IMG/VR virus record: IMGVR_UViG_3300026488_000010
Strand: one strand, 5' to 3'
DNA length: 64,000 nucleotides
Source of the DNA: a virus
Part shown: positions 48,030 to 58,687 of the stretch, in pieces
Layout: each line of letters starts with the position of its first letter
Position numbering within the stretch: position 1 is the stretch's first letter
Notes under the pieces: generated by a model
Databases searched by the model: none
The model's input: the letters and a program-made list of their open reading frames with translations, nothing else
Told to the model about the DNA's origin: nothing
Position numbers and translations under genes: made by a program

Positions 48030-48231
48030 GTGTTCTTCCTTTATAAATTTTTGATTTAATTTTTGTACGTGTCATAAATTCTTTAATGATTGAATATAAA
48101 TATTGATCGTAAAAATCAATTATGCATTCATTAAATTTGCATTCAAACATCATATCTAATTCTTGAATATGATGTTTAATAATTGCACAGTCCTGATCAT
48201 TTTGTATAATGATCGATTTAAAGACTTTCAT
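47998..48231 (-). CDS. hypothetical protein (77 aa)
   Basis: Fills the gap in the operon; its 3' end overlaps the next RBS. Confidence 0.5.
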   Translation of the reverse strand: MKVFKSIIIQNDQDCAIIKHHIQELDMMFECKFNECIIDFYDQYLYSIIKEFMTRTKIKSKIYKGRTHDTNINGSKI

Positions 48232-49620
48232 TTAATTTACTTTATCAGATGTCCCGAATAAATTTCTTTTAAGATTTCTATCTGGAATTTTGTTATGTTT
48301 AAAATCTTTTCGTCTGAAGTCATCATGTGATTCAAATGCTGTTTCGATTCGTTTCTGATTTTTAGATAAATAATCTTCTATCTCATTATCTACTTGTGAT
48401 AATCGTTGAGTAAGATATATACTTGCTTCTCTATCAACATCAAATGTGCCTTTTTTAAGATCAGCTGCCATTTCATCCAAAAATAATCTAAACTTCATTA
48501 ACGTTATAATATTTTCTTTATTGATTTGATCTGACTCAGTATCAGTATGTATAAATGTTAATAGTTGTTCAGGATTCGTATGAAACCCTTTTTTCATAAC
48601 TCTAATGATTTTTTTATATTCTTTTGATTGACTGATATTTGCAATCATTAAAAATTTGTACATATCTACTAATTTCTCAGATAAACATCTACGATATTTA
48701 ATTAATGTTCCAAATTCCTCATCTGATTTAGATGCTGATTTTTTGAATAATGATTCAACGAATACTGTAAATACTGAATTATTTTTAGGAGAATATTGAC
48801 CTCTAAAATAACCTGCCTGTGAAGGATCTATATCACCAGCTTCTAACGCATTATTATTTTCTAAACAATTAGCAACGATTGTATTGATGCCATCAATTGG
48901 TGCTTTCTTATTATTTGATCTAGCTAATGTATTAAATAGTTTTCTAACATCTGGATTAACGTCAATGTTATCAAAATTTAAAATATTGTTATTACTTGCA
49001 GCCAATGATGTATTACCCATCGATAATAGTGATTTGGTTCCAAACACTGCTGTACCTAATAATCCTAACGATTTTTCAAAGAACATATCAGATGCTCTTG
49101 CGTATCTACTTGGAAATAATAAATTCATTCCAAGAAAAGTTATACCAGCGAATGCTGTTGCAGGTAAAGCTCCAAACATTGCGCCAACACCCAATGTTGC
49201 ACCAATTCCAGCTAAGCTGAATTCCTCAATAATATCAACATTATTATCATTATTAGCATTATCACCTTTATATCTTACACCAAATTGCTCTTGTGTGTTC
49301 TCTAGAATAATTTGCTGAGAAAAAGATAATTCATTATCTGTTGATTCAAATATTAAATGATCATAGGTGCTAGTATAAATATCACTAAGCACTTCATTTT
49401 CAATAAATGATTTAATAACTTTATTCTTTTCATATGTTGATGATTCTTGAAAGAATAACTTAGAGTATTGTGACTCCATAAACTCGCTATAATGTGTTTG
49501 TACTTGTTCAGCGATAGAAACATCGCTGAAGATAGTTTCTGTTGATTCTTCTATCTTATTACTCATTTTAACGTATAGGTCGTTAAACAGTTCTTCTGAT
49601 TCTGATTTTGTAATTTTCAT
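48232..49620 (-). CDS. probable head-internal/ejection protein
   Basis: Acidic N-terminus with many hydrophobic-X-E motifs (IEES, FMES, FQES, IFES, ILEN, IIEEF), then a Gly/Ala hydrophobic segment. Confidence 0.5.
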   Translation of the reverse strand: MKITKSESEELFNDLYVKMSNKIEESTETIFSDVSIAEQVQTHYSEFMESQYSKLFFQESSTYEKNKVIKSFIENEVLSDIYTSTYDHLIFESTDNELSFSQQIILENTQEQFGVRYKGDNANNDNNVDIIEEFSLAGIGATLGVGAMFGALPATAFAGITFLGMNLLFPSRYARASDMFFEKSLGLLGTAVFGTKSLLSMGNTSLAASNNNILNFDNIDVNPDVRKLFNTLARSNNKKAPIDGINTIVANCLENNNALEAGDIDPSQAGYFRGQYSPKNNSVFTVFVESLFKKSASKSDEEFGTLIKYRRCLSEKLVDMYKFLMIANISQSKEYKKIIRVMKKGFHTNPEQLLTFIHTDTESDQINKENIITLMKFRLFLDEMAADLKKGTFDVDREASIYLTQRLSQVDNEIEDYLSKNQKRIETAFESHDDFRRKDFKHNKIPDRNLKRNLFGTSDKVN

Positions 49621-50157
49621 TTAATACCCTTCTAATTTTAATTGTTCTTTAACAGAATCTAACAATACAGGACTACTTCCTGGGGACTGTGTCTGTGTAT
49701 TTATTAGTTCATGCATTTGACCCATAAGTTTTTCATATGAATCTTCATTTTTATTATCTTCTTTCTTAGCATTCGTTAATTTAACGTGTGCATTGATTTT
49801 ATGATTTTCTATATCAATTGTCATCTTAATATATTTTTGTATCATATCTTCATATTTGATTAACATCTCTTGTACTTGAGCTAATGTTTCAAATTGTGTT
49901 AAAATGTGTGAGGAATGGATTCCTGCTAATTTAAAATTCTTCTCAGCTGTATAATGTTCAACTGATTCATTACTTCGAACAATCATATCATCTATAATTT
50001 TTTCTTTAGTTTTTAATGAAGTTATTTTAATCTCTGCAGCTTTAATTTTATCAGATATATAATTTAATTGTTTATTTAAATTAAAACCATAGTTGATAAT
50101 ATTAAATTCTGAATCGCTTGTGATAGTTTCATGATCTACTACTTTTCCTGTTGCCAT
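49621..50157 (-). CDS. coiled-coil hypothetical protein (178 aa; start corrected)
   Basis: AAGGAG RBS before ATG 50157 (MATGKVVD...); the track's extension to 50421 crosses a terminator and intergenic motifs. Confidence 0.7.
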   Translation of the reverse strand: MATGKVVDHETITSDSEFNIINYGFNLNKQLNYISDKIKAAEIKITSLKTKEKIIDDMIVRSNESVEHYTAEKNFKLAGIHSSHILTQFETLAQVQEMLIKYEDMIQKYIKMTIDIENHKINAHVKLTNAKKEDNKNEDSYEKLMGQMHELINTQTQSPGSSPVLLDSVKEQLKLEGY

Positions 50158-50172
50158 AATAATCTCCTTGAA

Positions 50173-50188
50173 TATTTGTTCTCTGTAT
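50173..50188 (-). promoter_or_regulatory. candidate late promoter ATACAGAGAACAAATA
   Basis: 16 bp identical to 53340-53355; 16 nt upstream of ATG 50157. Confidence 0.6.
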
Positions 50189-50221
50189 AATAATTTGACT
50201 ATTTCTATACTAACTATCTTT

Positions 50222-50260
50222 ATCGATAAAGATCGTTTTGAGTTAACATAGAAATAGTAT
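50222..50260 (+). promoter_or_regulatory. degenerate copy of the palindrome plus ATAGAAATAATAA element
   Basis: ATCGATAAAGAT (10/12 match), 14-nt gap CGTTTTGAGTTAAC, ATAGAAATAGTAT (11/13 match). Confidence 0.6.
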
Positions 50261-50291
50261 GATTTTATTGATTTTTGATTTTGCGAACAAG

Positions 50292-50321
50292 AATATCTAA
50301 GAGCAATTGCTCTTAGATATT
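50292..50321. terminator. 30-bp perfect palindrome, probable terminator after the tail tube gene
   Basis: AATATCTAAGAGCAATTGCTCTTAGATATT. Confidence 0.75.
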
Positions 50322-50332
50322 TATTTTTCCAT

Positions 50333-51112
50333 TTATACTGGAATTGATGTTGTAGATGTTGCGAAATTGTCATATAACGTTTCAACATTTTTAAATGTAT
50401 TTGCTCCGTTAAGAATAACAACTGCTTTATCCATTACTTGTTGGTTAGTCTCATCAAGAGGGAAACCGTCAAATTTATATTGAACTGTTGGTTTAACAAA
50501 AGAGTTATCTGTAATGTTCGCATCATATGCTGACTTGAGGTCAGTTGTTGGTTGAACACCATCAAAGTAATCGATTTTGATAATATCATCAGGACTCCAT
50601 TCTCTATTAGCATCACCTACTTGTCGTACAACTGGTTTTGTTTGGATAACCATACAAGCACCTTTGTATTCAGAAGCTGAGAATTTATCAGCCATAGTAG
50701 ATCCACCTAAGAATGGATTGATATAGTTTGTCCACTGACGATGAACTCTAAAAATAGGAGCTCCCCAATAATCTTTGTATTGAATACTAAATTCTCTAGA
50801 GATTGTTTGACCAGTGATAAATGATGCATCAACACCACCTTGACCTTGTACATCTTGTAAATTGATCTGACGATCACCTGGTGGAGTATAAGACTCCGCT
50901 GAAACTAAAAGAAAATCTTTAGCTTGTGTTCTAGTGATATTTGAATTAACGTCACTAAAAATTGTAGACGGTACACCAAAGAATACATAGAAGTAACCTT
51001 TTACGAACGGGTGATCACCTTCAATTCTTGAAGATCCGCCTACATATCTAGAGGCATCGACTCCCGTCCCTACCCCTTTATTTTTTAAACTTATTTTATC
51101 CATAAATGCCAT
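50333..51112 (-). CDS. gp19: tail tube protein
   Basis: Follows the sheath gene; AESYTPPG...GQTISREFSIQYKDYW...IFRVHRQW tube-fold pattern. Confidence 0.75.
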   Translation of the reverse strand: MAFMDKISLKNKGVGTGVDASRYVGGSSRIEGDHPFVKGYFYVFFGVPSTIFSDVNSNITRTQAKDFLLVSAESYTPPGDRQINLQDVQGQGGVDASFITGQTISREFSIQYKDYWGAPIFRVHRQWTNYINPFLGGSTMADKFSASEYKGACMVIQTKPVVRQVGDANREWSPDDIIKIDYFDGVQPTTDLKSAYDANITDNSFVKPTVQYKFDGFPLDETNQQVMDKAVVILNGANTFKNVETLYDNFATSTTSIPV

Positions 51113-51122
51113 TTAGTTCTCC

Positions 51123-53276
51123 TTATACAACAATAATTGGAATATCAATTGATTCTAATGTTCCAACCGGATTAACCGTAATTGTTAAACGTAGTTTATA
51201 AGTTTCCTCATTAAACGTTGCTTTAACATCTGCGCTTTGGAAAATACCATCAATTTCATTTTCTGGTGTGATTACCCATTTCGCTAACTCTGTTTCTGTA
51301 CGAGTAACTGCTGTATCAATAACTGATCCAACTGCTTTCGTTTGTAATAGATCTTTCAATAGTTTTGGAAGATTTTTACGAATACGGTGTAAAACTTTTA
51401 CAACATTTATGCGACTAAGTTTAGAAGCTTTCTTATACATTGTTAATTGATCAATGATATAAGTACCATCTGGTTCAACAATAACCGTATTAACTTGTTG
51501 GTTACGAAGTTTCTCAATCTCTAACGATGTAGGTGCATAAGTTAAATTAAGTTCTGTACTAGCTAGAGTACCTTTTAACATATTAGCAACTGGTTCAGTA
51601 ATTGAAATTTGATTATCAATTCTAAGGTGTGCTACCATAGCATAGTATGATAACGGCATATATAATCTTAAATTATTAGCAGTTCTATGAGTCTTATTCA
51701 TTTGTCCAGAATACATTGCAGAGTTATAACTTGATTGGAATAATTTCTCTTTACGAGTTTTTAAATCTTTATCAGTTAAATCTTTAGTTACTATTGTAGG
51801 GTTGTATTCAAGTGGTAAACTAAGAATTGGCATAGTTAAACCAATATCATCAGCTAAGTCAATAATAGATACTTGTACTTGGGCATTACCTGTCCAATCA
51901 GGGATATAATCAAAATCATATTTAGGATATAATACTTCTCTGAGAGACTCAGTATTGTTGTAAAAATCTAGTAACAATTCTTTACCATTTTGTTTACCTG
52001 GTTCAGATGTCCCCATAAGATTAAATGTGTTATTGATGTGCATATTCATACCATCAGACCCACTATATAATTTCATAGAATAATCCATAAGTTGTTGGTA
52101 AATTTTTTGACGAAGTACTTGTACTTCTGCAAGTTTAATATTACCTGTTACACCATCAACAATAAGTTCAGGATCATATGAGATTTCATAGAACGCTTCT
52201 TCACCATCAACTTTATAAGTATTTGGATGTGCAGCATCAAAAGCAGCATCAACAAAAGTAATTACACTTGAGTTAACAACGATACGTTTAGCTAAATCTG
52301 GAAGATCATCAGCATCAGAACCATCATAGTTGAGAACACCTGTCATATCTGCAGATGGGCGATCAGTTGTAATAATTGCAGATAATCTTTGAGCAGGAAC
52401 TCTTTGTTTAACACCATTAGCATCAACAATAATACGATCATATGTTTCAACTTTAATTTCATAAAATTTATCATCAACTATTTCGTCTTTAACAATTAAT
52501 CTTTCATATACTAAATCATCAATAGTTGCATATTTTGCAAGCTCTTCTGTAATAGTAGGGTTAATATTAATAGTTGCAAAATCATTAGCATCTTTGAAAA
52601 TACTATTTACAAATAAATCTTGACCAGAAATTTTATCAGTGATTGGTTCATTTGTTTTTTCATCAACTTCAATTAATGAGAATACTACTGGGTCACCAAG
52701 CGATTTAATACCAGTGTTTGTTTCTTCAAATACTTCTGCTTGAACAAAGTTAAATTTATAATTTGTCTCGCCATTGATATCTGAATCCATTTTCTCATGA
52801 GCTGATGCTGGAGTAAATGTTACAAAGATTGAATTATATCCTTCACCACGTGCAGATGCAAGTGCAGATAAAACAATATTATCATCAACAATTGATTGTG
52901 CTCCGAGATAAGTCATATCAGCTTTAGAATAAATTCCAGCATATGTTTTAAAATCTACTACTGGTTCATCAGTAGTTCCTACATTACGCATAACATTATT
53001 TGCATAAGTTGCATCATCTGGTAATAGTCTATAAGTTAAAACATTATCAGTTCTTGCAGCTGCTTCACCATAAAGATAAGCATTACCATATTTTTTAATA
53101 TCTTGACGACCAAGATTATATCTAAACTCGTCTACTGATTCGTGTCTAACGAATCTTTCTCTACCGTATTTTGAAAATATTGGTAATAGAATTGTTCTTG
53201 ATCCATTTAATTGAATCTCAATTGAACTACGATCAATTACTGATGTAGTTACACTTGGAATAATTGGAGTGTACAT
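51123..53276 (-). CDS. gp18: contractile tail sheath protein
   Basis: N-terminal PSVTTSVIDRS, FSKYG; C-terminal NQQVNTVI..PDG, LSRINVVKVLHRIRK, ITVNPVGTLESIDIPIIV. Confidence 0.9.
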   Translation of the reverse strand: MYTPIIPSVTTSVIDRSSIEIQLNGSRTILLPIFSKYGRERFVRHESVDEFRYNLGRQDIKKYGNAYLYGEAAARTDNVLTYRLLPDDATYANNVMRNVGTTDEPVVDFKTYAGIYSKADMTYLGAQSIVDDNIVLSALASARGEGYNSIFVTFTPASAHEKMDSDINGETNYKFNFVQAEVFEETNTGIKSLGDPVVFSLIEVDEKTNEPITDKISGQDLFVNSIFKDANDFATININPTITEELAKYATIDDLVYERLIVKDEIVDDKFYEIKVETYDRIIVDANGVKQRVPAQRLSAIITTDRPSADMTGVLNYDGSDADDLPDLAKRIVVNSSVITFVDAAFDAAHPNTYKVDGEEAFYEISYDPELIVDGVTGNIKLAEVQVLRQKIYQQLMDYSMKLYSGSDGMNMHINNTFNLMGTSEPGKQNGKELLLDFYNNTESLREVLYPKYDFDYIPDWTGNAQVQVSIIDLADDIGLTMPILSLPLEYNPTIVTKDLTDKDLKTRKEKLFQSSYNSAMYSGQMNKTHRTANNLRLYMPLSYYAMVAHLRIDNQISITEPVANMLKGTLASTELNLTYAPTSLEIEKLRNQQVNTVIVEPDGTYIIDQLTMYKKASKLSRINVVKVLHRIRKNLPKLLKDLLQTKAVGSVIDTAVTRTETELAKWVITPENEIDGIFQSADVKATFNEETYKLRLTITVNPVGTLESIDIPIIVV

Positions 53277-53339
53277 TTAAGTTCCTTTTTGTTTTTTCCA
53301 TAATAAAATTTTTAGATTCCATTAAAATCTTTTTCTAAT

Positions 53340-53355
53340 TATTTGTTCTCTGTAT
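53340..53355 (-). promoter_or_regulatory. candidate late promoter ATACAGAGAACAAATA
   Basis: Intergenic, upstream of the sheath gene; identical to 50173-50188. Confidence 0.6.
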
Positions 53356-53385
53356 GTTAAATTTCTATATGAATTCAACCACAAG

Positions 53386-53407
53386 ATAAGAAGCCTTAGC
53401 TTCTTAT
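53386..53407 (-). terminator. hairpin terminator
   Basis: ATAAGAAGC-CTTA-GCTTCTTAT overlapping the stop of 53404..54234. Confidence 0.65.
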
Positions 53408-54234
53408 ACTAGAATATACCATTCGATTCTGAGTGAATCATTTATTTCTAACCATTTAGTTAGAGTTGTGAATCTTGCAAACATTCTAGAATTTGCAGTG
53501 TATCTTGATACAGCAGTACCAGCTGAACCTTTAGGTACAGAATATTCGATACCATCTGAAATAATATCTTCATACTCAACAGCATATAATGCTGCTTCAT
53601 TGAATGCGAATGGACCTTCTTCATCAACTTCTTTATACAATTCATCTTTACGAACAATCATTGTATATTTTACAGTTGTATATGCTTGAACCGTAATTGT
53701 CTGACCATTGATAACAATATCATGATCTTCTTTTATAATCTCAATTGAACCACCAGTGTCTGATTGAATCTTTTTATATTTACCATCATGAATATATTGA
53801 AATCTTTGGTTATAATCAGGTGATGTATCCGTATCAGAACTATCATCAGCAAATTTTCCAGGAAGTCTTAAATCTAAATCATTATCAAATGGTCCAACTT
53901 TATTTGGTTGCTCAGCTGTATCAGCTCCACCTGTTCCGACTCCAAAATATCTAATCTTATATTTAGTTAAATCATCAGTGCTTGATGGTAATAAAGATTG
54001 ACCAGCAGTGTCTGCTAATTTTTGAGCTAGAAATTCTCTACCTGATAATAATACAAGGTTTGGAGTTTCTAATACTTCACCTGTTTCATTATCTGTAATT
54101 ACAGCATAACCTCTTACAGGTTTAGCATAATGTTTTCCAATATCAGCAGGGGATAATCCTCCCTCGCCTAATTGTACAGTTTGAGCTTCATCACAAACTG
54201 TTTTTTCATCAACATGTGCAATTGTTTTTATCAT
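53404..54234 (-). CDS. baseplate/tail structural protein
   Basis: NLVLLSGREFLA...YFGVGTG...FNEAALY...MFARF pattern of myophage baseplate-associated proteins. Confidence 0.6.
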   Translation of the reverse strand: MIKTIAHVDEKTVCDEAQTVQLGEGGLSPADIGKHYAKPVRGYAVITDNETGEVLETPNLVLLSGREFLAQKLADTAGQSLLPSSTDDLTKYKIRYFGVGTGGADTAEQPNKVGPFDNDLDLRLPGKFADDSSDTDTSPDYNQRFQYIHDGKYKKIQSDTGGSIEIIKEDHDIVINGQTITVQAYTTVKYTMIVRKDELYKEVDEEGPFAFNEAALYAVEYEDIISDGIEYSVPKGSAGTAVSRYTANSRMFARFTTLTKWLEINDSLRIEWYILV

Positions 54235-54243
54235 TGTATTCTC

Positions 54244-56745
54244 CTATGGTTTCGTGCCATAATAGGCATCATTTGTTTCTGTAAACTCTGTTACAGTATT
54301 ATCATTTATTATTTGAATATTAAAATTATCAGTTACCTGAACAGTACTATCAACATCAAATTTAATGTCCATTTTTTGATCATCTTTAATGGTTATTTCT
54401 GCAAATATACCGGAAGTGCTCATCTCGAATGATACATCATCACCCGCGGTTACTTGTTGCATCTTATCTCGAATAATCTGAATCGTTGCATCAGTATTTT
54501 GATAACTTAACTCTGCTTTGAAAAAATACTTTTGAAATAAATCAACAACTGGATTAAAAAATTCATCTTTAAATGTACTAGCCAATAGAAATCTTTTAAA
54601 GGTATCATTAACAAAATATGTAATGAAGTTATCCATCTTAACAACTTCAACTAGCATCCGTTTATAATTTTCTAAAAATAATTCTACAAATTTTGCAGGC
54701 TCAGTTATATTTTCAATTTTATCAACTATTCTTGGAAATCTATCAATAAAATGTAATTTTAACATATCATATAAACCATTATTTAATTCAACATATTCAT
54801 CATCATTTAAAGCAATAATATTAAATAATTCTTTAGGTGTAGATGGTTTATATGAATCATAAAATACTTTGATCTTTTCTTTCATGATTAGATTCTGATC
54901 CTTACCAGCAATTACTAAATAGTTATCTTCTTGTAAATTAATAGAACCTGTTGGAGCGTTCGGATAAAACTCGTCCAATTTCTCAAAAAATTCATCAAAT
55001 GTTAAAGGTATGTTACCTGCTAAGTACTCATGGAATTGTGCAATATTAAATATTTTAGTTTCTTGTAATTGATTAGCTGAACCTAATAATATATTTAAAC
55101 GTTTCTTAAATTCTAAAAACACTTTATGATCATGTTTCATATCTTTATAATATAATATCAGTTTATATATTTCATCTAATTGTGACTCTGGGAACAACAA
55201 TGAATTATAATTCATTGTTGTTGCACCTTCAAATCTCCAACCAGGTGTTTTTACTTCTAATTCTTTTAATTTTACAAACATTAACATATTCATATAGTCA
55301 GACATTGTTAGTTTAACAACTACTCCATCAATACTAAAAGTGAATATATCGTTTTGAGTTTTAGTCATTGCAAACATTCGAACCAGGTCTGGTAAATATT
55401 CCATATTATCCATTGTTTCAGATGTCCCGAATTGAATATATAAAACATTAGTAGCAATTGGGAACACGTTTTTTGGTCCCTGGTTTCTGATATCTGTATC
55501 AAAGAAATCGAATCGTCTCATTAAATATTTAGAAGTTCTTAAATCACTAGCATCAATTTCGTCCATTATTGCTAAAGGATCATTTATTAAAACTGGCTCT
55601 AACATATAACGTAATTCATATTCTGAACGCTGCGTAAGATTATAGTTTCTAATTTCTAAAGAAACAGTTGTAGTTGGTTCACCGTCTGTTTCTTTAGAAA
55701 TAAAATATTCTAAATTGTTTAAAACGATTCTTACATCATCAGTTATAGAATCTGGAAAATCCATTCTATAATTAATAGTATCTGTTTTGTTATCATGCAC
55801 TGGAGTTAGTCTAAAAGTTCTTTTAGGCACACCTGTACTAGTATTTATAAATTCTTGATCAATAAATGTTTTAAATTCTGCATTACTTAAACCATAAGAT
55901 GCTAAAGGAATTTGATCAGAATCAACATAATACATAGATTCAATGATCGCATTATTAACATCCAAGTATTCATTAATCTCAGCGTATGTTAGTTTTCTAT
56001 CAACATTTGTACTGAGAATATCATATTTCTTTTCAGATATTAAATATTCTGATTCACCTTTATTAATAGTTATTTCTTTTGAATAGTCCAGTTGTAATCT
56101 AATAGGTTGATCAGCAGGCTCGAATAATCTTACTAAAAATTCAACTCTATTTTCAGTCTCAAATATTTTAGGGAATATTTTATAACCAATATCACCATCT
56201 TTTAAATTTGATGTATCAATACCTTCTGGATATTTATTGGATGTGTCTCCATCTATATCTAAATAATATATTTTAATAGTTGTTGGGGAATTGTATTTAG
56301 ATATAAATTGTCGCTGCTCTATTCGAACATTATAAAAATTTAAGTTATGATAAAATTCACTAATTATATCATTAAAGAATGCAAATGATTTATTTGATCC
56401 TTTTGTTTCAAATAATTGAGCAAGTAAGTATGCAGTTTTTGTTTTTAACATATCTGGAAACGCTTTACTTATTCTTCTAGAAATACCAAACTGATCAAAT
56501 AAATTATTAATTAACTTTTTACTAGGTTTTTGATTTACAAAGTTGATTACCTCTTCAGGTTCTTTAATATATAAATCTTCTAAAAATGTATATAATAGAC
56601 TTTTTATGTCTTCAGTATTATTGTTATGATTGAACATTGGGCTAGAAACTATAATATCTGCATACTCTTTGAGGGCACCTTTTAAAACTTTTACGTCTGG
56701 TGCATCTAATTGATTCGATACTGATACTTTAACAGAACCTGCCAT
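54244..56745 (-). CDS. baseplate wedge protein (gp7-like)
   Basis: LAQLFETKGSNKSFAFF resembles the Y..KGT..S motif of gp7/tail I proteins; context. Confidence 0.55.
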   Translation of the reverse strand: MAGSVKVSVSNQLDAPDVKVLKGALKEYADIIVSSPMFNHNNNTEDIKSLLYTFLEDLYIKEPEEVINFVNQKPSKKLINNLFDQFGISRRISKAFPDMLKTKTAYLLAQLFETKGSNKSFAFFNDIISEFYHNLNFYNVRIEQRQFISKYNSPTTIKIYYLDIDGDTSNKYPEGIDTSNLKDGDIGYKIFPKIFETENRVEFLVRLFEPADQPIRLQLDYSKEITINKGESEYLISEKKYDILSTNVDRKLTYAEINEYLDVNNAIIESMYYVDSDQIPLASYGLSNAEFKTFIDQEFINTSTGVPKRTFRLTPVHDNKTDTINYRMDFPDSITDDVRIVLNNLEYFISKETDGEPTTTVSLEIRNYNLTQRSEYELRYMLEPVLINDPLAIMDEIDASDLRTSKYLMRRFDFFDTDIRNQGPKNVFPIATNVLYIQFGTSETMDNMEYLPDLVRMFAMTKTQNDIFTFSIDGVVVKLTMSDYMNMLMFVKLKELEVKTPGWRFEGATTMNYNSLLFPESQLDEIYKLILYYKDMKHDHKVFLEFKKRLNILLGSANQLQETKIFNIAQFHEYLAGNIPLTFDEFFEKLDEFYPNAPTGSINLQEDNYLVIAGKDQNLIMKEKIKVFYDSYKPSTPKELFNIIALNDDEYVELNNGLYDMLKLHFIDRFPRIVDKIENITEPAKFVELFLENYKRMLVEVVKMDNFITYFVNDTFKRFLLASTFKDEFFNPVVDLFQKYFFKAELSYQNTDATIQIIRDKMQQVTAGDDVSFEMSTSGIFAEITIKDDQKMDIKFDVDSTVQVTDNFNIQIINDNTVTEFTETNDAYYGTKP

Positions 56746-56756
56746 CTATTCTCCTT

Positions 56757-57794
56757 TTATGTATTAATTACGTTACCATCCAAATCTCTAATAATTTGTG
56801 TAGCATCTTCATCAAATACTTTTTCTTTTGTTGTATGTGGATGACCATCCACAGGTGGTATATAATTTACAAATTTTAAATACGTGTTTTGTAAATCAAA
56901 AACTTTTTTCATAATATTCGATTGAACTTGTCCAGCATATTGATCATAAGGAACACTTGGATCATATGGTGGCGCAACATATCCTTCTATAGGCATATAT
57001 GTATCCTGCTCAGTCATAGCATTTAAAGGCACAAATGTTTTTACATCTAATGGGTAATTCATAATTATCTTAATAGGTAATTTTACTATAGTGTTTAGAT
57101 AAATAAGTGTCTCATTCAGCTTCGCTATTTTAGGATCAGTTAATTCTAATTCATAATCAATGTATCGACATTTAATACAATCATATGATTTATTAATATC
57201 TTCTAATATTGTATTTCTATCTTCTAATAACATAGCGTAATCTTCATATAACTCAGAGCTATAGAACTTTCTAAACTCTTTCATATAGTAGTAGTGTTCT
57301 ACTATATTGAGCTGTTCTACTGAACTACGAGACCAGTTTGCTGTTTCAAATGTTATTTGATATATATTGAGATCTTTAACTGAATGCACAAAATTTACTT
57401 CTTGAACTTCAAAATATTCATTAGTGCTACCATGTTGATAAAAATTTAATATATCACCAGGCAATGGTTCAACAACTGCTAATAGAGTTAATACCCCATT
57501 AGTCTTTCGAATAACACCTTGAGTTGATTCATCATTCATATTTTGATAAGTTAATGGTTGCATCTCAAGCACTGGTGAAAAATCGAAAATATCATATGCT
57601 CGATTATACCACGCAGTTGATATAACATCTAGCTCATCATGTATACCTTTAGTTAAAGGTATATTTTGTTTATAATATCTAACACTTAATGCATTAATTG
57701 TTGAGTTTAATGCATAGTGTTCAATCTTATTTAAATATTCAGCATATACATCATAAACGTACATATCCTGATGTAGTGTATCTGCTACCATCAT
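56757..57794 (-). CDS. neck/head-closure protein (gp14-like)
   Basis: PLPGDILNF...YFEVQEV...YQITFE pattern. Confidence 0.5.
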   Translation of the reverse strand: MMVADTLHQDMYVYDVYAEYLNKIEHYALNSTINALSVRYYKQNIPLTKGIHDELDVISTAWYNRAYDIFDFSPVLEMQPLTYQNMNDESTQGVIRKTNGVLTLLAVVEPLPGDILNFYQHGSTNEYFEVQEVNFVHSVKDLNIYQITFETANWSRSSVEQLNIVEHYYYMKEFRKFYSSELYEDYAMLLEDRNTILEDINKSYDCIKCRYIDYELELTDPKIAKLNETLIYLNTIVKLPIKIIMNYPLDVKTFVPLNAMTEQDTYMPIEGYVAPPYDPSVPYDQYAGQVQSNIMKKVFDLQNTYLKFVNYIPPVDGHPHTTKEKVFDEDATQIIRDLDGNVINT

Positions 57795-57799
57795 ATCTC

Positions 57800-58618
57800 C
57801 TATTTTAACACAAACGTTATTGGGTCTTCATCATTTGCTTGTAAAGTAATTTTAATAATAATCTTTACAGCTATTCCAACTTCTTCTTTATAATCTATCC
57901 CAACTAAACTAAAATTATCACTATATATATTTGATAATGATACAACAAAATCTGTAATCTCTTCTAATATAATTTTCTTAGAAAAGAATGTTGCTTTTGT
58001 CTGCAAAGATTCTTTTATTGATGAGCCGAAATCATTTGAAAATGGTATAGCTCCTCGAGGTGTCCTTACAAATCTATCAAACATATCAGATAAAAATTCT
58101 GTCTGATTAGTAACTTTAGAAAAATAACCTTTATTAATATTAATATCAAAAAGATTATCTGTTGCTTCCACATGTTTTTTAATTGATCTAAAGTTTCTAT
58201 ATTTTGTACTAAACCAGTTTAATACAAAATCGTTTAATTGTTCAGTACTAAAAATTTCTAATACTAAAGCATCTTTAACATCAGTGGGTGCAAGATTCAT
58301 CGAACGAGTTATATAACTCATCATAATTTCAGAATCAGAAAAAATCTCAATAAATTTAGATTTCTTTAAATATATGCGACCTTCTACTTCTACAGTGAAT
58401 CCATAATATTCAAAAAATATTACACCGATTTCATTTTGTTCTTGGATTAATAATGAATCTAGTCTCAAAGATTCTTCAAAGTGTATATGATGAGAATAAA
58501 AATATTGCATCAATCTTTGAATATCTATCACATCTCGACGTGTCAATATTACTTCATTATATGATACTCTTTGATTTTTTACATCAATCATATCTTTTAC
58601 GGATATATCTAAAAACAT
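57800..58618 (-). CDS. gp25: baseplate wedge protein with C-terminal gp25 domain
   Basis: FVRTPRGAIPFSNDFGSSI matches the gp25/GPW motif. Confidence 0.75.
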   Translation of the reverse strand: MFLDISVKDMIDVKNQRVSYNEVILTRRDVIDIQRLMQYFYSHHIHFEESLRLDSLLIQEQNEIGVIFFEYYGFTVEVEGRIYLKKSKFIEIFSDSEIMMSYITRSMNLAPTDVKDALVLEIFSTEQLNDFVLNWFSTKYRNFRSIKKHVEATDNLFDININKGYFSKVTNQTEFLSDMFDRFVRTPRGAIPFSNDFGSSIKESLQTKATFFSKKIILEEITDFVVSLSNIYSDNFSLVGIDYKEEVGIAVKIIIKITLQANDEDPITFVLK

Positions 58619-58687
58619 TATTCCTCCTTGGTTTTGGTTCTTCTACATGTTGTTATCTCAAATACAATTTTGAATATTACATCATAT

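Noticed and set aside
50158-50421. N-terminal 88 aa of the track ORF 49621..50421
   Set aside because: Overlaps the tail tube gene end, a terminator palindrome and regulatory motifs; a strong RBS supports ATG 50157.
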